64,000 nucleotides of DNA, taken from contig CANFIN010000003.1 in assembly GCA_947447155.1 (NCBI GenBank), positions 1,185 to 65,184 on the forward strand, in the 5' to 3' direction. The DNA is from Bacteroidota bacterium. GTDB taxonomy: Bacteria > Bacteroidota > Bacteroidia > AKYH767-A > OLB10. Below the pieces are notes generated by a model that saw only the letters and a list, made by a program, of their open reading frames with translations, was not told the DNA's origin and did not search any database. The first letter of the stretch is position 1, and each line of letters starts with the position of its first letter. Position numbers and translations under genes: made by a program. Below, piece after piece: positions 10,758-20,074 of the stretch.

Positions 10758-10825
10758 TTGATTAAACGGATTGAACGACTCATAATACTATGTATACAAA
10801 TTGAAATCTATTCAATAATCAAAAA

Positions 10826-11079
10826 CTCCTATAAGTCGCACTCGAGCCGTGCGGCCCTGAAGTAAATACTTCATGGCTGGCTCCTACTTTTTTCATTAGC
10901 AAAAAAAGTAGGCAAAAATGCCACCGCTGTAAAATAATTGCGGAGCTGCTTGCATTCACAACGGTAATAATCGAACTCGCCCTGCAGTTTTTACTACAGG
11001 TCTCAAACAACGCTTATTTCTTCTCGTTGTTTATTTCAGCATCTTTTATCCGCAATTCTTTTAAGGCGGACTATTTTTT
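10826..11079. other. GC-rich noncoding block of consecutive hairpins (candidate structured RNA or relic of a repeat or mobile element)
   Basis: Hairpins seen at 10844-10883, 10884-10911, 10912-10922, 10924-10943, 10981-11000, 11006-11031 and 11049-11070. The only ORFs here are two short ones (63 and 78 aa) that look spurious, and the block is visibly more GC-rich than its flanks. Confidence 0.3.
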
Positions 11080-11112
11080 ACAAACAAAAATTAAAACTGT
11101 ATGCGCTTATGG

Positions 11113-11532
11113 TCAAACCTTAAACAAACCAATAGCCTGGTGCGGAGTCATTACTGGTATCTTCGATTTTTTAAAATCTTTAGTGTTTCGCGTAACAAAT
11201 CCACTGATTTTTTTATTGGTCATCATCGAGTGTAAAGTTACAGCATCTTCAAAATCAGAATAACCAGAATTCAAGGAATCATGGATGGCTTCATTCGTTG
11301 TTTCAACTGTTTCTGATATAACATGTAGATGACGTAGTGTTTTCACTGCTGCCTGATGATTCATCAGTTTTCGAATTATGTAATAGGTATTATTGTAAGA
11401 AACAGCCGTGATATATAATTTAGCTTTACCCTTTTGAGATAGCTCGAATAACTCCGCGACTTCACGAGAAAACGGCTTGCGATCAATGAGAAAATCAATG
11501 ACCACGCAAGTATCTAAACCGAGATGGATCAT
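11113..11532 (-). CDS. vapC: PIN-domain toxin (VapC-like)
   Basis: 139 aa with an N-terminal LDTCVVIDFL acidic PIN motif. There is a 4-nt ATGA overlap with the upstream small gene. Confidence 0.8.
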   Translation of the reverse strand: MIHLGLDTCVVIDFLIDRKPFSREVAELFELSQKGKAKLYITAVSYNNTYYIIRKLMNHQAAVKTLRHLHVISETVETTNEAIHDSLNSGYSDFEDAVTLHSMMTNKKISGFVTRNTKDFKKSKIPVMTPHQAIGLFKV

Positions 11533-11777
11533 TTTAAATGTTTATTGGTTATTGCATCACTTAATGCATCTTTGTAATTAAAATCAGCAGGCGCGTTGAC
11601 AGAACCTAAAAGCTTCATCACTGCTGGAGAATATTCATCTGCTTGACCATCTTTTATAACGAGGGCATTTAAATAATTTTCTACCAACGATGAAATACTT
11701 TTACCATTTTTCTGTGCGTACTTCTTTGCCTTTTCTATGGTGGCCTTATTGACCGTTAAAGTTAGTTTGACATTCAT
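11529..11777 (-). CDS. antitoxin partner of the PIN toxin (DUF6364-like)
   Basis: MNVKLTLTVNKATIEKAKKYAQKNGKSISSLVENYL resembles an RHH-like antitoxin N-terminus. Start set at ATG 11777 because a -7 box lies inside the longer TTG-started ORF. Confidence 0.65.
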   Translation of the reverse strand: MNVKLTLTVNKATIEKAKKYAQKNGKSISSLVENYLNALVIKDGQADEYSPAVMKLLGSVNAPADFNYKDALSDAITNKHLK

Positions 11778-11797
11778 AACACGTATATTTTGTACAC

Positions 11798-11805
11798 CAA
11801 AGATA
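11798..11805 (-). promoter_or_regulatory. -7 box TATCTTTG upstream of the antitoxin gene, flanked by the inverted repeat ACGTAT/ATACGT
   Basis: Exact TAnnTTTG, 20 nt upstream of ATG 11777. Six-bp inverted-repeat arms sit at 11781-11786 and 11803-11808. Confidence 0.4.
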
Positions 11806-11981
11806 CGTATTGATGGATTAAATGTTGTATGCATTTTTAATTTTTTTGGCAAAGCAACAAAAGAAAATTTAGATTATTCGTTTATAAGCATTTACAAACG
11901 TTTAACATCAAAAAAAGAAATTAACAAATCGGAGATTATTGAGTTTTCATTCAAAAAATAAAATCCAGACCATTTTAAAAA

Positions 11982-13325
11982 CTAGTCCTTCACACAACGC
12001 ACAGAAAGCCCATAGGTGTTAATTGCATCATACTTCTGCAAGCTACCATCCATATAATAAAACTGACGACTATATCCACTCCCTGGTCCGAAGGCTGTCG
12101 TATTCCAAAAATATCCATCTAAATGAATGAATAAATAATTTCCATTATAACTTCTCCATCCTGAAGGCAAGGCCGAAAATGAACTGCTATTGGTTGCAGA
12201 TCCGTTAGGTGTTGCCCAATGTGATGTTCCCGTTTCCTTCAACTTCCCTCCAAGCGTTGCGCTCTGCGAACAATAATTACATGAAGTATCTGCTGTAGGT
12301 TCTAAATACTTAGCCATACTATTCCATTCCGATTCACTTGGTACATGCCAGTTTGCAGGACAAAGTCCGGCAGGATCAATTACTGTATAATAATTATATA
12401 ATTTACCATAAATCGAATCATTGACAAGGTCATTATTGTATATCGCATATGCACCTGAAGTAGTAGACGCCCAATCTGTATTAGTTAAGCCCGTTGGAAT
12501 TGCTGTGCCATTTTTATAATGTCCAGTTTTAAGATTCTCTTTCGTCCAGCATTGATTTCCAATCGTAATTACATTATAAATATTTCCATCCACATCTGTA
12601 ACGATTGTTTGTCCACCACAACCACCAGCAGAGGCCGCATTCGTAGTAAAATTTACTGAAGGTCCGTAAGCCGTATCAACTGCATTCATTGCAAAAGCAC
12701 GAACATAGTAAGTAGTAGCCGACGTTAATCCGGTTATATTTCCTTGAAAATTGCTAATTCCTGCTCCGCAAAACACATGTGAATCAGCAATAGTAGGATT
12801 AGATGCGGTACTCCAACAAAGTCCTCGACATGTTATAGCACTACCTCCATTCGATGTAATATTACCTCCGCAGATTGCTGTAGTAGCAGTGATATTGGTA
12901 ACTAGATTAGTTGACAATAAAATAGCAGCAGTGGTTGTAGTAAAACTCACTTGATTACCGTAAGCCGTATCGTTAGCATTAATAGCATACGCACGAACGT
13001 AATAAGTCGAATTAGGATTTAGTCCTGTAAGATTACTGCTAAAAATTCCTGTCCCCGTGCTATCGCTAGTATGACTATCAAAATAACTGGGCAATGTATT
13101 CATACTCCAGCATACGCCACGTTTTAGAATTGAACTTCCTCCATCACTAGTGATATTTCCACCAGTGGTAGCAGATGTGGAAATAATACTGGAAGCAATA
13201 GTTGTGGTTAAGGTAATTGCTAAGGAAACCTTTGTGTTGTTTTCTGCAGGATCATCTTTTTTACATCCAACTGTAAATGCTATTAAAAACAAAATCAAGA
13301 GTAAATTTTTCCCAAACCAATTCAT
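11982..13325 (-). CDS. lipoprotein with two tandem Ig/Fn3-like N-terminal domains and a C-terminal Fibrobacter succinogenes major paralogous (FISUMP) domain
   Basis: Lipobox TVGC. There are two ~90-aa repeats (..GGNITS.GGS.I..RG.CWS....YYVRA.A.N..DTAYG..V.FTT). The C-terminus carries IGNQCWTKENL, YGKLYNYYT, CPANWHVPSESEW and GLSVRCVKD. Confidence 0.8.
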   Translation of the reverse strand: MNWFGKNLLLILFLIAFTVGCKKDDPAENNTKVSLAITLTTTIASSIISTSATTGGNITSDGGSSILKRGVCWSMNTLPSYFDSHTSDSTGTGIFSSNLTGLNPNSTYYVRAYAINANDTAYGNQVSFTTTTAAILLSTNLVTNITATTAICGGNITSNGGSAITCRGLCWSTASNPTIADSHVFCGAGISNFQGNITGLTSATTYYVRAFAMNAVDTAYGPSVNFTTNAASAGGCGGQTIVTDVDGNIYNVITIGNQCWTKENLKTGHYKNGTAIPTGLTNTDWASTTSGAYAIYNNDLVNDSIYGKLYNYYTVIDPAGLCPANWHVPSESEWNSMAKYLEPTADTSCNYCSQSATLGGKLKETGTSHWATPNGSATNSSSFSALPSGWRSYNGNYLFIHLDGYFWNTTAFGPGSGYSRQFYYMDGSLQKYDAINTYGLSVRCVKD

Positions 13326-13382
13326 ATCACAATTTATTAGAGTAAATAATTAATCCTTCAGTTATTTTCTCCTAAACAACGA

Positions 13383-13853
13383 TTATGAATTGAGAATATA
13401 ATAAGAAGCATTTAATACAGTAGCGAAACTTACCCAGCAGAGATAAGGAATGTTCATGTATGCTGCAAACTTATTTAATTTCTTGAACTTATGAATCATC
13501 ATTGCAATAGCGATCCACATGACAATGATTTCAACGAGTGCTAACCCGATTAAGTGCCATTTGAAAAAGATTAAACTCCAGAAAAAATTCAAGGTTATTT
13601 GCAAAGCAAATATTTTAATTGCTTGATTCCTCTCCTCTGAAACCGGCAATATCCATATTCGATAAAGCGATATCCCCATTATCAAATAGAGGGTTGTCCA
13701 CACTGGACCAAACACCCAATTAGGTGGATTAAACGAAGGCTGATTTAGAGTTGTGTACCAGCTACCAATTGCGTTCGCAGTTAAAAATCCTGAAAAGCCA
13801 CCTACCGCCATTGGAAGCAGGATAGCAATAATTAATTTGAAAGATTTAGCCAT
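13383..13853 (-). CDS. tspO: TspO/MBR tryptophan-rich sensory protein
   Basis: 156 aa with 5 TM segments and WYTTLNQPSFNPPNWVFGPVWTTLY. Confidence 0.9.
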   Translation of the reverse strand: MAKSFKLIIAILLPMAVGGFSGFLTANAIGSWYTTLNQPSFNPPNWVFGPVWTTLYLIMGISLYRIWILPVSEERNQAIKIFALQITLNFFWSLIFFKWHLIGLALVEIIVMWIAIAMMIHKFKKLNKFAAYMNIPYLCWVSFATVLNASYYILNS

Positions 13854-13891
13854 AAATAAAAAAGCAGTTTGTTAAAGATAACAAACTGCTT
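13854..13891 (-). terminator. rho-independent terminator after sucC
   Basis: Perfect 12-bp stem AAGCAGTTTGTT/AACAAACTGCTT followed by a T-run on the minus strand. Confidence 0.7.
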
Positions 13892-13912
13892 GGAATATTA
13901 TTAATGATTGAT

Positions 13913-15103
13913 TTACGCAACCACCTCCTGCACCAACTCAGCGGCTTCTTTTAATTGAATTGCTGAATAAACTTTCAATCCACTTTCGTCGATTAATTTC
14001 TTCGCCTCTGTAGCGTTGGTTCCTTGTAAACGAACAATGATTGGAACTGGGATTTCTCCGATGTTATTGTAAGCATCAACGATCCCCTGCGCAACACGAT
14101 CACAACGAACGATACCACCAAAGATGTTTACAAAAATTGCTTTTACACTTGGATCTTTTAAGATAATACGGAATGCTTGCTCAACACGAGCTGCATTAGC
14201 AGTACCACCAACGTCTAAGAAGTTTGCAGGCTCACCACCTGATAATTTAATAATGTCCATTGTAGCCATTGCTAATCCCGCACCATTCACCATACAACCT
14301 ACGTTACCATCTAGCTTCACATAATTTAAATCATGCTCGCTTGCTTCTACTTCTGTTGGATCTTCTTCAGACTTGTCGCGCATAGCAGCGTAGTCTGGAT
14401 GACGGAATAAACCATTATCATCTAAACTAACTTTAGCATCAACAGCAATAATTTTATCGTCAGATGTTTTTAAAACCGGGTTGATTTCAAACATTGCTGA
14501 ATCTGTTGCATCGTATGCTTTATATAATGCCGCTACAAACTTGGTCATTTCTTTAAAGGCATTTCCGCTAAGTCCAAGGTTGAACGCAATCTTACGAGCC
14601 TGAAATCCTTGTAATCCAACTTTAGGATCTATCTCTTCTTTGAAAATCAAATGAGGCGTTTTTTCTGCTACCTCTTCGATGTCCATCCCACCTTCAGTTG
14701 AATACATAATCATATTACGACCTGTCATACGGTTCATCAATACGCTCATATAAAACTCAGAAGTTTCGCTTGCTCCCGGATAATAAACATCCTGTGCAAC
14801 TAAAACCTTATTTACTTTTTTACCCTGCGGACCTGTCTGCGGAGTGATTAATTGCATCCCGATAATCTGAGAAGCTTTTTCTTTTAAATCATCTAAGTTT
14901 TTAGCCAACTTTACGCCACCACCTTTTCCGCGACCACCTGCGTGAATCTGCGCTTTAACAACCCACCATTGTGTGCCTGTTTGCTCAGTTAATTTTTTTG
15001 CTGCCTCAACCGCCTCTTCAGCTGTATCTGCTACAATTCCTTCTTGAATAGCAACTCCAAAACTTTTTAAAATCGACTTGCCCTGATATTCGTGTAAATT
15101 CAT
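13913..15103 (-). CDS. sucC: succinate--CoA ligase (ADP-forming) beta subunit
   Basis: MNLHEYQGKSILKSFGV N-terminus, full length. Start set at ATG 15103; the ORF-track N-terminal extension is non-homologous. Confidence 0.95.
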   Translation of the reverse strand: MNLHEYQGKSILKSFGVAIQEGIVADTAEEAVEAAKKLTEQTGTQWWVVKAQIHAGGRGKGGGVKLAKNLDDLKEKASQIIGMQLITPQTGPQGKKVNKVLVAQDVYYPGASETSEFYMSVLMNRMTGRNMIMYSTEGGMDIEEVAEKTPHLIFKEEIDPKVGLQGFQARKIAFNLGLSGNAFKEMTKFVAALYKAYDATDSAMFEINPVLKTSDDKIIAVDAKVSLDDNGLFRHPDYAAMRDKSEEDPTEVEASEHDLNYVKLDGNVGCMVNGAGLAMATMDIIKLSGGEPANFLDVGGTANAARVEQAFRIILKDPSVKAIFVNIFGGIVRCDRVAQGIVDAYNNIGEIPVPIIVRLQGTNATEAKKLIDESGLKVYSAIQLKEAAELVQEVVA

Positions 15104-15159
15104 AATACTTGTATTTTTAGTTTTGCAATTTTGATTGCGGCACAAAAGTATCAAAAAAT

Positions 15160-15167
15160 CAAATGTA
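15160..15167 (-). promoter_or_regulatory. -7 box TACATTTG, candidate sucC promoter
   Basis: Exact TAnnTTTG on the minus strand. It shares its TA with the plus-strand bcp box. A second candidate, TACTTTTG, sits at 15143-15150. Confidence 0.3.
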
Positions 15168-15173
15168 AATTTG
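15166..15173 (+). promoter_or_regulatory. -7 box TAAATTTG, candidate bcp promoter
   Basis: Exact TAnnTTTG, 73 nt upstream of the bcp ATG. Confidence 0.3.
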
Positions 15174-15246
15174 TCAATCTTCATCATTCTAAAACAGATT
15201 TTAAACATTTTCAGGTATTGCTTGTTATCAAACTAAATTTTAAACC

Positions 15247-15711
15247 ATGGCATTAAAAATCGGAAGCAAAGCTCCTGCAATCAAGGGAGTTAATCAGGTA
15301 GGAGAAAAAATAAAACCTGCTGACTTAAAAGGTAAAAAGGTAATTCTTTATTTCTATCCAAAGGACAGCACTCCTACCTGTACCGTTGAATCTTGTAATT
15401 TGAGAGATAATTATAAGTCGTTAGCGAAAGCAGGATTTGAAGTTATTGGTGTAAGCGCCGACGATGTTAAAAGTCACGAGAAATTTGCTACGAAGCAAAG
15501 TCTTCCATTCTCATTAATTGCTGATACCGACCGTGAATTAATTGAAGCTTATGATGCTTGGGGAGAGAAATCGATGTACGGTAAAAAGTACATGGGCATT
15601 ATCCGTAAAACATTTGTGATTGACGAGAAAGGAAAAATAGCCGCCATCATTGAGAAAGTAGATGCTAAGAATCATACAAAGCAAATATTAGACGCGCTTC
15701 AAAACGGTTGA
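15247..15711 (+). CDS. bcp: thioredoxin-dependent peroxiredoxin Bcp
   Basis: 154 aa with the peroxiredoxin motif YPKDSTPTCTVESC. Confidence 0.9.
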   Translation: MALKIGSKAPAIKGVNQVGEKIKPADLKGKKVILYFYPKDSTPTCTVESCNLRDNYKSLAKAGFEVIGVSADDVKSHEKFATKQSLPFSLIADTDRELIEAYDAWGEKSMYGKKYMGIIRKTFVIDEKGKIAAIIEKVDAKNHTKQILDALQNG

Positions 15712-16556
15712 AATCCGGACACAAACCGAAGATTTCCTGACATATCCTCTTGAGCCATTGTTTCTGCGAATCCTAATCCACGAAGCAAACGCTCTACTTC
15801 TACCCCGTACAATTTATTAACTTCAAACCAAAGTGAACCACCTGGATTCAAATGTTGTTTGGCAAAGAGTGCTATTTTGCGATAGAATCGAATGGGGTCA
15901 TCATCGGGAGCGAACAATGCGAGATGAGGTTCAAAGTTCAAAACTGAATCCGTCATTGATTGTCCTTCAATCGAGGTTATATAAGGCGGATTACTTATTA
16001 TCAAATCGAATTTTAATTCTGAATTATTTTCGAATCCTTCTTCTAAAACATCTGCCCAAAATAGATTTAGATTAATGGAATGAGTTTCTGCATTTTTCTT
16101 AGCGACAGCCAAAGCCTCGAGTGAAATATCACATCCGTAAGTCTGCTTTAATTTAAAAAGCTTTGCTAACGCTATGGGAATGCAACCTGAGCCACAGCAA
16201 ATATCAAGTACGTTTGACGTATTGGTTAACTCCAAATCCTCTTTAATAAGATAAACTAACTCTTCTGTCTCAGGTCGAGGAATCAATACGCTTTCATCAA
16301 CAAAATAAGAATCGCCTGCAAACCAAGCTATGTTTGTCACATATTGCAAAGGCATTCCGTTCTGAATTTTTTGCAAATCTGTTTGAAGAACATCGATCAT
16401 CTCAGCTGGAAGAGCAACATCTGAATTCAAATCAATTTCTTCAGCATTAACAGCTAATCGATCAGCTAATAAAAAACGAATTAATGTGTAACGCTCATCA
16501 TCTTCGATCGATGAAAGCTGATTCGTTGCTAATTCGTAAAACTCATTTAGATTCAT
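15699..16556 (-). CDS. prmC: release factor glutamine N5-methyltransferase
   Basis: NPPY catalytic motif (IISNPPYI) and SAM motif DICCGSG. Start at ATG 16556. The 3' ends of prmC and bcp overlap convergently by 13 nt. Confidence 0.85.
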   Translation of the reverse strand: MNLNEFYELATNQLSSIEDDERYTLIRFLLADRLAVNAEEIDLNSDVALPAEMIDVLQTDLQKIQNGMPLQYVTNIAWFAGDSYFVDESVLIPRPETEELVYLIKEDLELTNTSNVLDICCGSGCIPIALAKLFKLKQTYGCDISLEALAVAKKNAETHSINLNLFWADVLEEGFENNSELKFDLIISNPPYITSIEGQSMTDSVLNFEPHLALFAPDDDPIRFYRKIALFAKQHLNPGGSLWFEVNKLYGVEVERLLRGLGFAETMAQEDMSGNLRFVSGFQPF

Positions 16557-16616
16557 GCTGCAAAGATGATACAAAAATCAATGCTTAAGATCGCTCATGA
16601 ACTGCAATTCCTTTGT

Positions 16617-16624
16617 TACCTTTG
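16617..16624 (+). promoter_or_regulatory. -7 box TACCTTTG, 6 nt upstream of the ribD ATG
   Basis: Exact TAnnTTTG. It lies inside the ORF-track TTG extension, which supports ATG 16631 as the start. Confidence 0.45.
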
Positions 16625-16630
16625 CAAGCA

Positions 16631-17653
16631 ATGAATACTCAAGATCAATACATGCAGCGCTGTCTGCAATTAGCGCTAAAAGGATTGGGGAATGTATCTC
16701 CGAATCCGATGGTAGGCTGTGTGATTGTTCATGATAATAAAATTATTGGTGAAGGCTATCATCAAAAATATGGTGAGGCGCATGCGGAAGTGAATGCAAT
16801 TAATTCAGTACAAGATAAATCACTTTTAAAATCATCTACACTTTATGTTTCATTAGAACCTTGTAATCATTTTGGAAAAACACCTCCTTGTGCTGACTTG
16901 ATTCTGAAGTATGAAATTCCGAATGTAATCATAGGAGTTCAAGATCCATTTGAAAAAGTAAATGGAAGTGGAATTAAAAAATTATTGGATGCAGGTGTTC
17001 AAGTTACTTCTGGAGTTTTAGAAAAAGAATGTCGTGATTTAAACATACGCTTTTTTACTTTCCACGAGCAGAAACGACCTTACATCATATTAAAATGGGC
17101 GCAAAGCAAAGATGGATTTATTGGAAAGAATAATAAATCGATACGCATAAGCAATGAACTTACGCGTATAATTAACGATACATGGAGGACACAGGAAGAT
17201 GCTGTTTTAATTGGCGGAGAAACAGCAAGAACAGATAATCCGCATTTAACCGTCAGAACTATTGAAGGAAGAAATCCAACGCGAATTATACTTTCAAAAA
17301 GTGGAGATCTTCCATCTAACTTGAATTTATTTGATGGCAGTGCTCCAACACTTATTTATTCGAACAGTAATTCTCAATATGCAAATGCCGAAACTGTAGT
17401 AATACCTGATGAAAACAATTTAGATTTTTTACTTTCTGATTTACATCGAAGAAATATTCAAAGTTTAATTGTAGAAGGTGGATCATCAGTTTTAAATCAG
17501 TTTTTAAAATCAAACCATTGGGATGAGATTAGAATCTTCGAGAGTGAAGATATGCTGGAAGATGGTATCTTAGCACCAACGATTAATTCAGAAATTTCAT
17601 TAACGGAAGAAATCGATAATAATCAGTTAAAACTAATTTACAGGAGAAAATAA
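16631..17653 (+). CDS. ribD: bifunctional riboflavin biosynthesis deaminase/reductase
   Basis: Deaminase zinc motifs HAEVNA and PCNHFGKTPPC, followed by a C-terminal reductase domain. Confidence 0.9.
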   Translation: MNTQDQYMQRCLQLALKGLGNVSPNPMVGCVIVHDNKIIGEGYHQKYGEAHAEVNAINSVQDKSLLKSSTLYVSLEPCNHFGKTPPCADLILKYEIPNVIIGVQDPFEKVNGSGIKKLLDAGVQVTSGVLEKECRDLNIRFFTFHEQKRPYIILKWAQSKDGFIGKNNKSIRISNELTRIINDTWRTQEDAVLIGGETARTDNPHLTVRTIEGRNPTRIILSKSGDLPSNLNLFDGSAPTLIYSNSNSQYANAETVVIPDENNLDFLLSDLHRRNIQSLIVEGGSSVLNQFLKSNHWDEIRIFESEDMLEDGILAPTINSEISLTEEIDNNQLKLIYRRK

Positions 17654-18535
17654 ATGTCTGTGTCGTTATTAATCATCATTATTATTGCTTCCATTTTATC
17701 TGCTTCGCTTTATATTATTTTAAAGTACTTCGAGCGATTTAATGTAAATAACATTCACGGTTTAACAGCAAATTATGTAACAGCTTCGTTATTCTCTTTT
17801 TTCTTCAATTACAAAGCAAACATTCAACTATTTCCTAATTCATCATCATATGCAGGATTTGCCTTAGGAATAGGATTATTATTTATTTGCGTTTTTTACA
17901 CAGCCGCATTAACAGCACAAAAATCTGGAATAGCAATTACCTCTATCGCCGGAAAAATGTCGATGGTTATTCCAATAGTTTTTGGTTATTTTTTATATGG
18001 CGATCAATTAACCACCATGAGAATTGTTGGAATATTGATTGCGCTATTTGCTGTTTATCTCAGCAGCTCCCCATCAGAAATCACATCAGAAGAACCTAAA
18101 AAGAAAAACTGGATATTCCCTTTATTGTTATTCGTTGGGAGTGGCCTTGTTGATGCATCTATCAAAGCAGGACAACATTATTACATGACAGAAGAAAATC
18201 AATATTTATACTTTGCTTTCCTATTTGGATCAGCTGGTGTTTTTGGGATATCGCTAACAACTTTTATGTATTTTAAAAACAGAATAAAAGTCAAGCTAAA
18301 TAGCATTATTGCTGGATTTATTTTAGGTATTGCAAACTTTTACTCCTTGTTTTTTTTAGTCAAAGCACTTTCTGATGATAAAGCAGAGAGTATGTTAATT
18401 TTCTCAATCAGCAATGTTTTAGTCGTGTTATTTTCAGCAATATTAGGCTTGATAATTTTCAAAGAAAAGCCACATAAAAAAAATATTATCGGACTACTTT
18501 TAGCAATTGGAGCTATCATTATTCTTACTTTGTAA
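17654..18535 (+). CDS. polytopic membrane protein (DMT/EamA-like transporter)
   Basis: 293 aa with about 10 hydrophobic segments. Its start abuts the ribD stop (TAAATG). Confidence 0.5.
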   Translation: MSVSLLIIIIIASILSASLYIILKYFERFNVNNIHGLTANYVTASLFSFFFNYKANIQLFPNSSSYAGFALGIGLLFICVFYTAALTAQKSGIAITSIAGKMSMVIPIVFGYFLYGDQLTTMRIVGILIALFAVYLSSSPSEITSEEPKKKNWIFPLLLFVGSGLVDASIKAGQHYYMTEENQYLYFAFLFGSAGVFGISLTTFMYFKNRIKVKLNSIIAGFILGIANFYSLFFLVKALSDDKAESMLIFSISNVLVVLFSAILGLIIFKEKPHKKNIIGLLLAIGAIIILTL

Positions 18536-18536
18536 A

Positions 18537-19154
18537 ATGCTCTTCGAGGATACTTATTTATCAATAAAAGATATTACTACTGGTGACTTTCGAGACAGAG
18601 GAAGTAAATTTTTAGCATTCGCTTATCCTATAAAATCGGAAGCAGAAGTTAAAGAAATTATCCAAGCATTAAAAAAAGAACATCCGCAAGCAAATCATCA
18701 TTGCTATGCATTTCGGTTAACTCCTGACCCAACAGTTTATCGCGCATCAGACGATAGAGAACCTTCGGGAAGCGCAGGTAAACCAATACTTGCAGCCATA
18801 CAATCGCAGCAATTAACGAATGTATTAGTTGTTGTTGTTAGATATTTTGGAGGAAGTTTGCTAGGTGTACCAGGATTAATCAATGCATATCGCACAGCAG
18901 CTGCTGAAGCATTAAGCAAAGCAAAAATTATCGAGCATACAATCAACGATAAATTTGAAATCACGTTTGATTTTGAAAGTATCAACGATGTGCACTCAAT
19001 TATTAAATCAGAAGGTGCTATCATCACTGAACAAACCTATGAAACCCCCTGTGTAATTCAATTTGAGTTGCGAAAAAGTAAAACCAATCAACTCTTGCAT
19101 AAATTAAAAAATCATCCAACCTTAGCAGCCAAGGCAACTTGGAAATTTATTTGA
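18537..19154 (+). CDS. yigZ: YigZ / IMPACT-family (UPF0029) protein
   Basis: DRGSKFLAFAYPI...HHCYAFRL...DDREPSGSAGKPIL matches the family signature. Start at ATG 18537. Confidence 0.8.
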   Translation: MLFEDTYLSIKDITTGDFRDRGSKFLAFAYPIKSEAEVKEIIQALKKEHPQANHHCYAFRLTPDPTVYRASDDREPSGSAGKPILAAIQSQQLTNVLVVVVRYFGGSLLGVPGLINAYRTAAAEALSKAKIIEHTINDKFEITFDFESINDVHSIIKSEGAIITEQTYETPCVIQFELRKSKTNQLLHKLKNHPTLAAKATWKFI

Positions 19155-19156
19155 TT

Positions 19157-20074
19157 ATGAATTACGATTTACTAAAAAAACTATGTAGCATACATGCACC
19201 TGCTGGTGATGAAATAAAAATGCAGAAATTTTTACTGAACTATATTGAAGATGTTAAGCAAAGCTGGGATGTAATGCCTGAGGTGATTTATGGGGATGAC
19301 TTTCAACATTCAATAATTCTTGTTTTTGGCAAACCGAGAACTGCGGTTTTTGCTCATATTGATTCAATTGGATTTACAGCTAGGTATAATAATGAACTCG
19401 TGAAAATTGGAGGACCAAGAACTGCTAATGGGTTTCATTTAGTTGGTGAAGATGCGGACGGTCCTATAGAAGGAGTTTTAAAACTTGATGCAGGTTGTGA
19501 CTACTCTCTTGCATCAAAAAGGATTGCTGAGCGAGGTACTACATTTACATTTAAACCTGAATGGAAAGAAGATGATCATTCGGTTCAGTGCTGTTACATG
19601 GACAATCGTCTTGGTGTTTTTAACGCATTAAAAATTGCAGAAACATTAAAAGACGGTATACTCGTGTTTTCTTGCTGGGAAGAGCAAGGAGGAGGTTCTG
19701 TCCCATACATTATAAAATACTTGTGGGATCGATTTAAAATAAAACAAACTTTAATCAGTGATATTACCTGGATTACCGATGGCGTTACTGCAGGAAACGG
19801 AGTTGTTGTTTCACTTCGCGACTCTGGATTACCGCGCAAATTTTTCACTGATAAAATCAGAGGTATACTATTAAAAAACGACCATGCTTTTCAATTAGAG
19901 GTAGAATCATCTGGCGGAAGTGATGGTAATGAAATTCAGAAGCAACCCTACCCTATTGACTGGTGTTTTATTGGTGCGGCTGAATTAAATGTACATTCTC
20001 CAAATGAAAAAGTCGATAAAAAAGATATTGAAAGCATGATTGGCGCTTATCAAATTTTGATGCGTGAACTCTAA
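19157..20074 (+). CDS. M42-family (glutamyl aminopeptidase/endoglucanase-like) metallopeptidase
   Basis: LLKKLCSIHAPAGDE, AHIDSIGF, MDNRLG, WEEQGGGS and GGSDGNE follow the M42 motif order. Start at ATG 19157. Confidence 0.65.
   Translation: MNYDLLKKLCSIHAPAGDEIKMQKFLLNYIEDVKQSWDVMPEVIYGDDFQHSIILVFGKPRTAVFAHIDSIGFTARYNNELVKIGGPRTANGFHLVGEDADGPIEGVLKLDAGCDYSLASKRIAERGTTFTFKPEWKEDDHSVQCCYMDNRLGVFNALKIAETLKDGILVFSCWEEQGGGSVPYIIKYLWDRFKIKQTLISDITWITDGVTAGNGVVVSLRDSGLPRKFFTDKIRGILLKNDHAFQLEVESSGGSDGNEIQKQPYPIDWCFIGAAELNVHSPNEKVDKKDIESMIGAYQILMREL

Noticed and set aside
10819-11263. ORF-track ORFs of 63 aa (minus strand) and 78 aa (plus strand) in the vapC-accC gap
   Set aside because: The sequences are non-protein-like (Cys/Ser/His-rich with no motifs). 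They overlap the hairpin block, or lie antisense to vapC. Treated as spurious.
16557-16630. FMN riboswitch upstream of ribD (and of ribH at 25167-25175)
   Set aside because: The prmC-ribD divergent region is 74 bp, and a -7 box sits 6 nt from the ribD ATG. ribH starts 9 nt after the preceding gene. There is no room for a ~130-nt RFN element.
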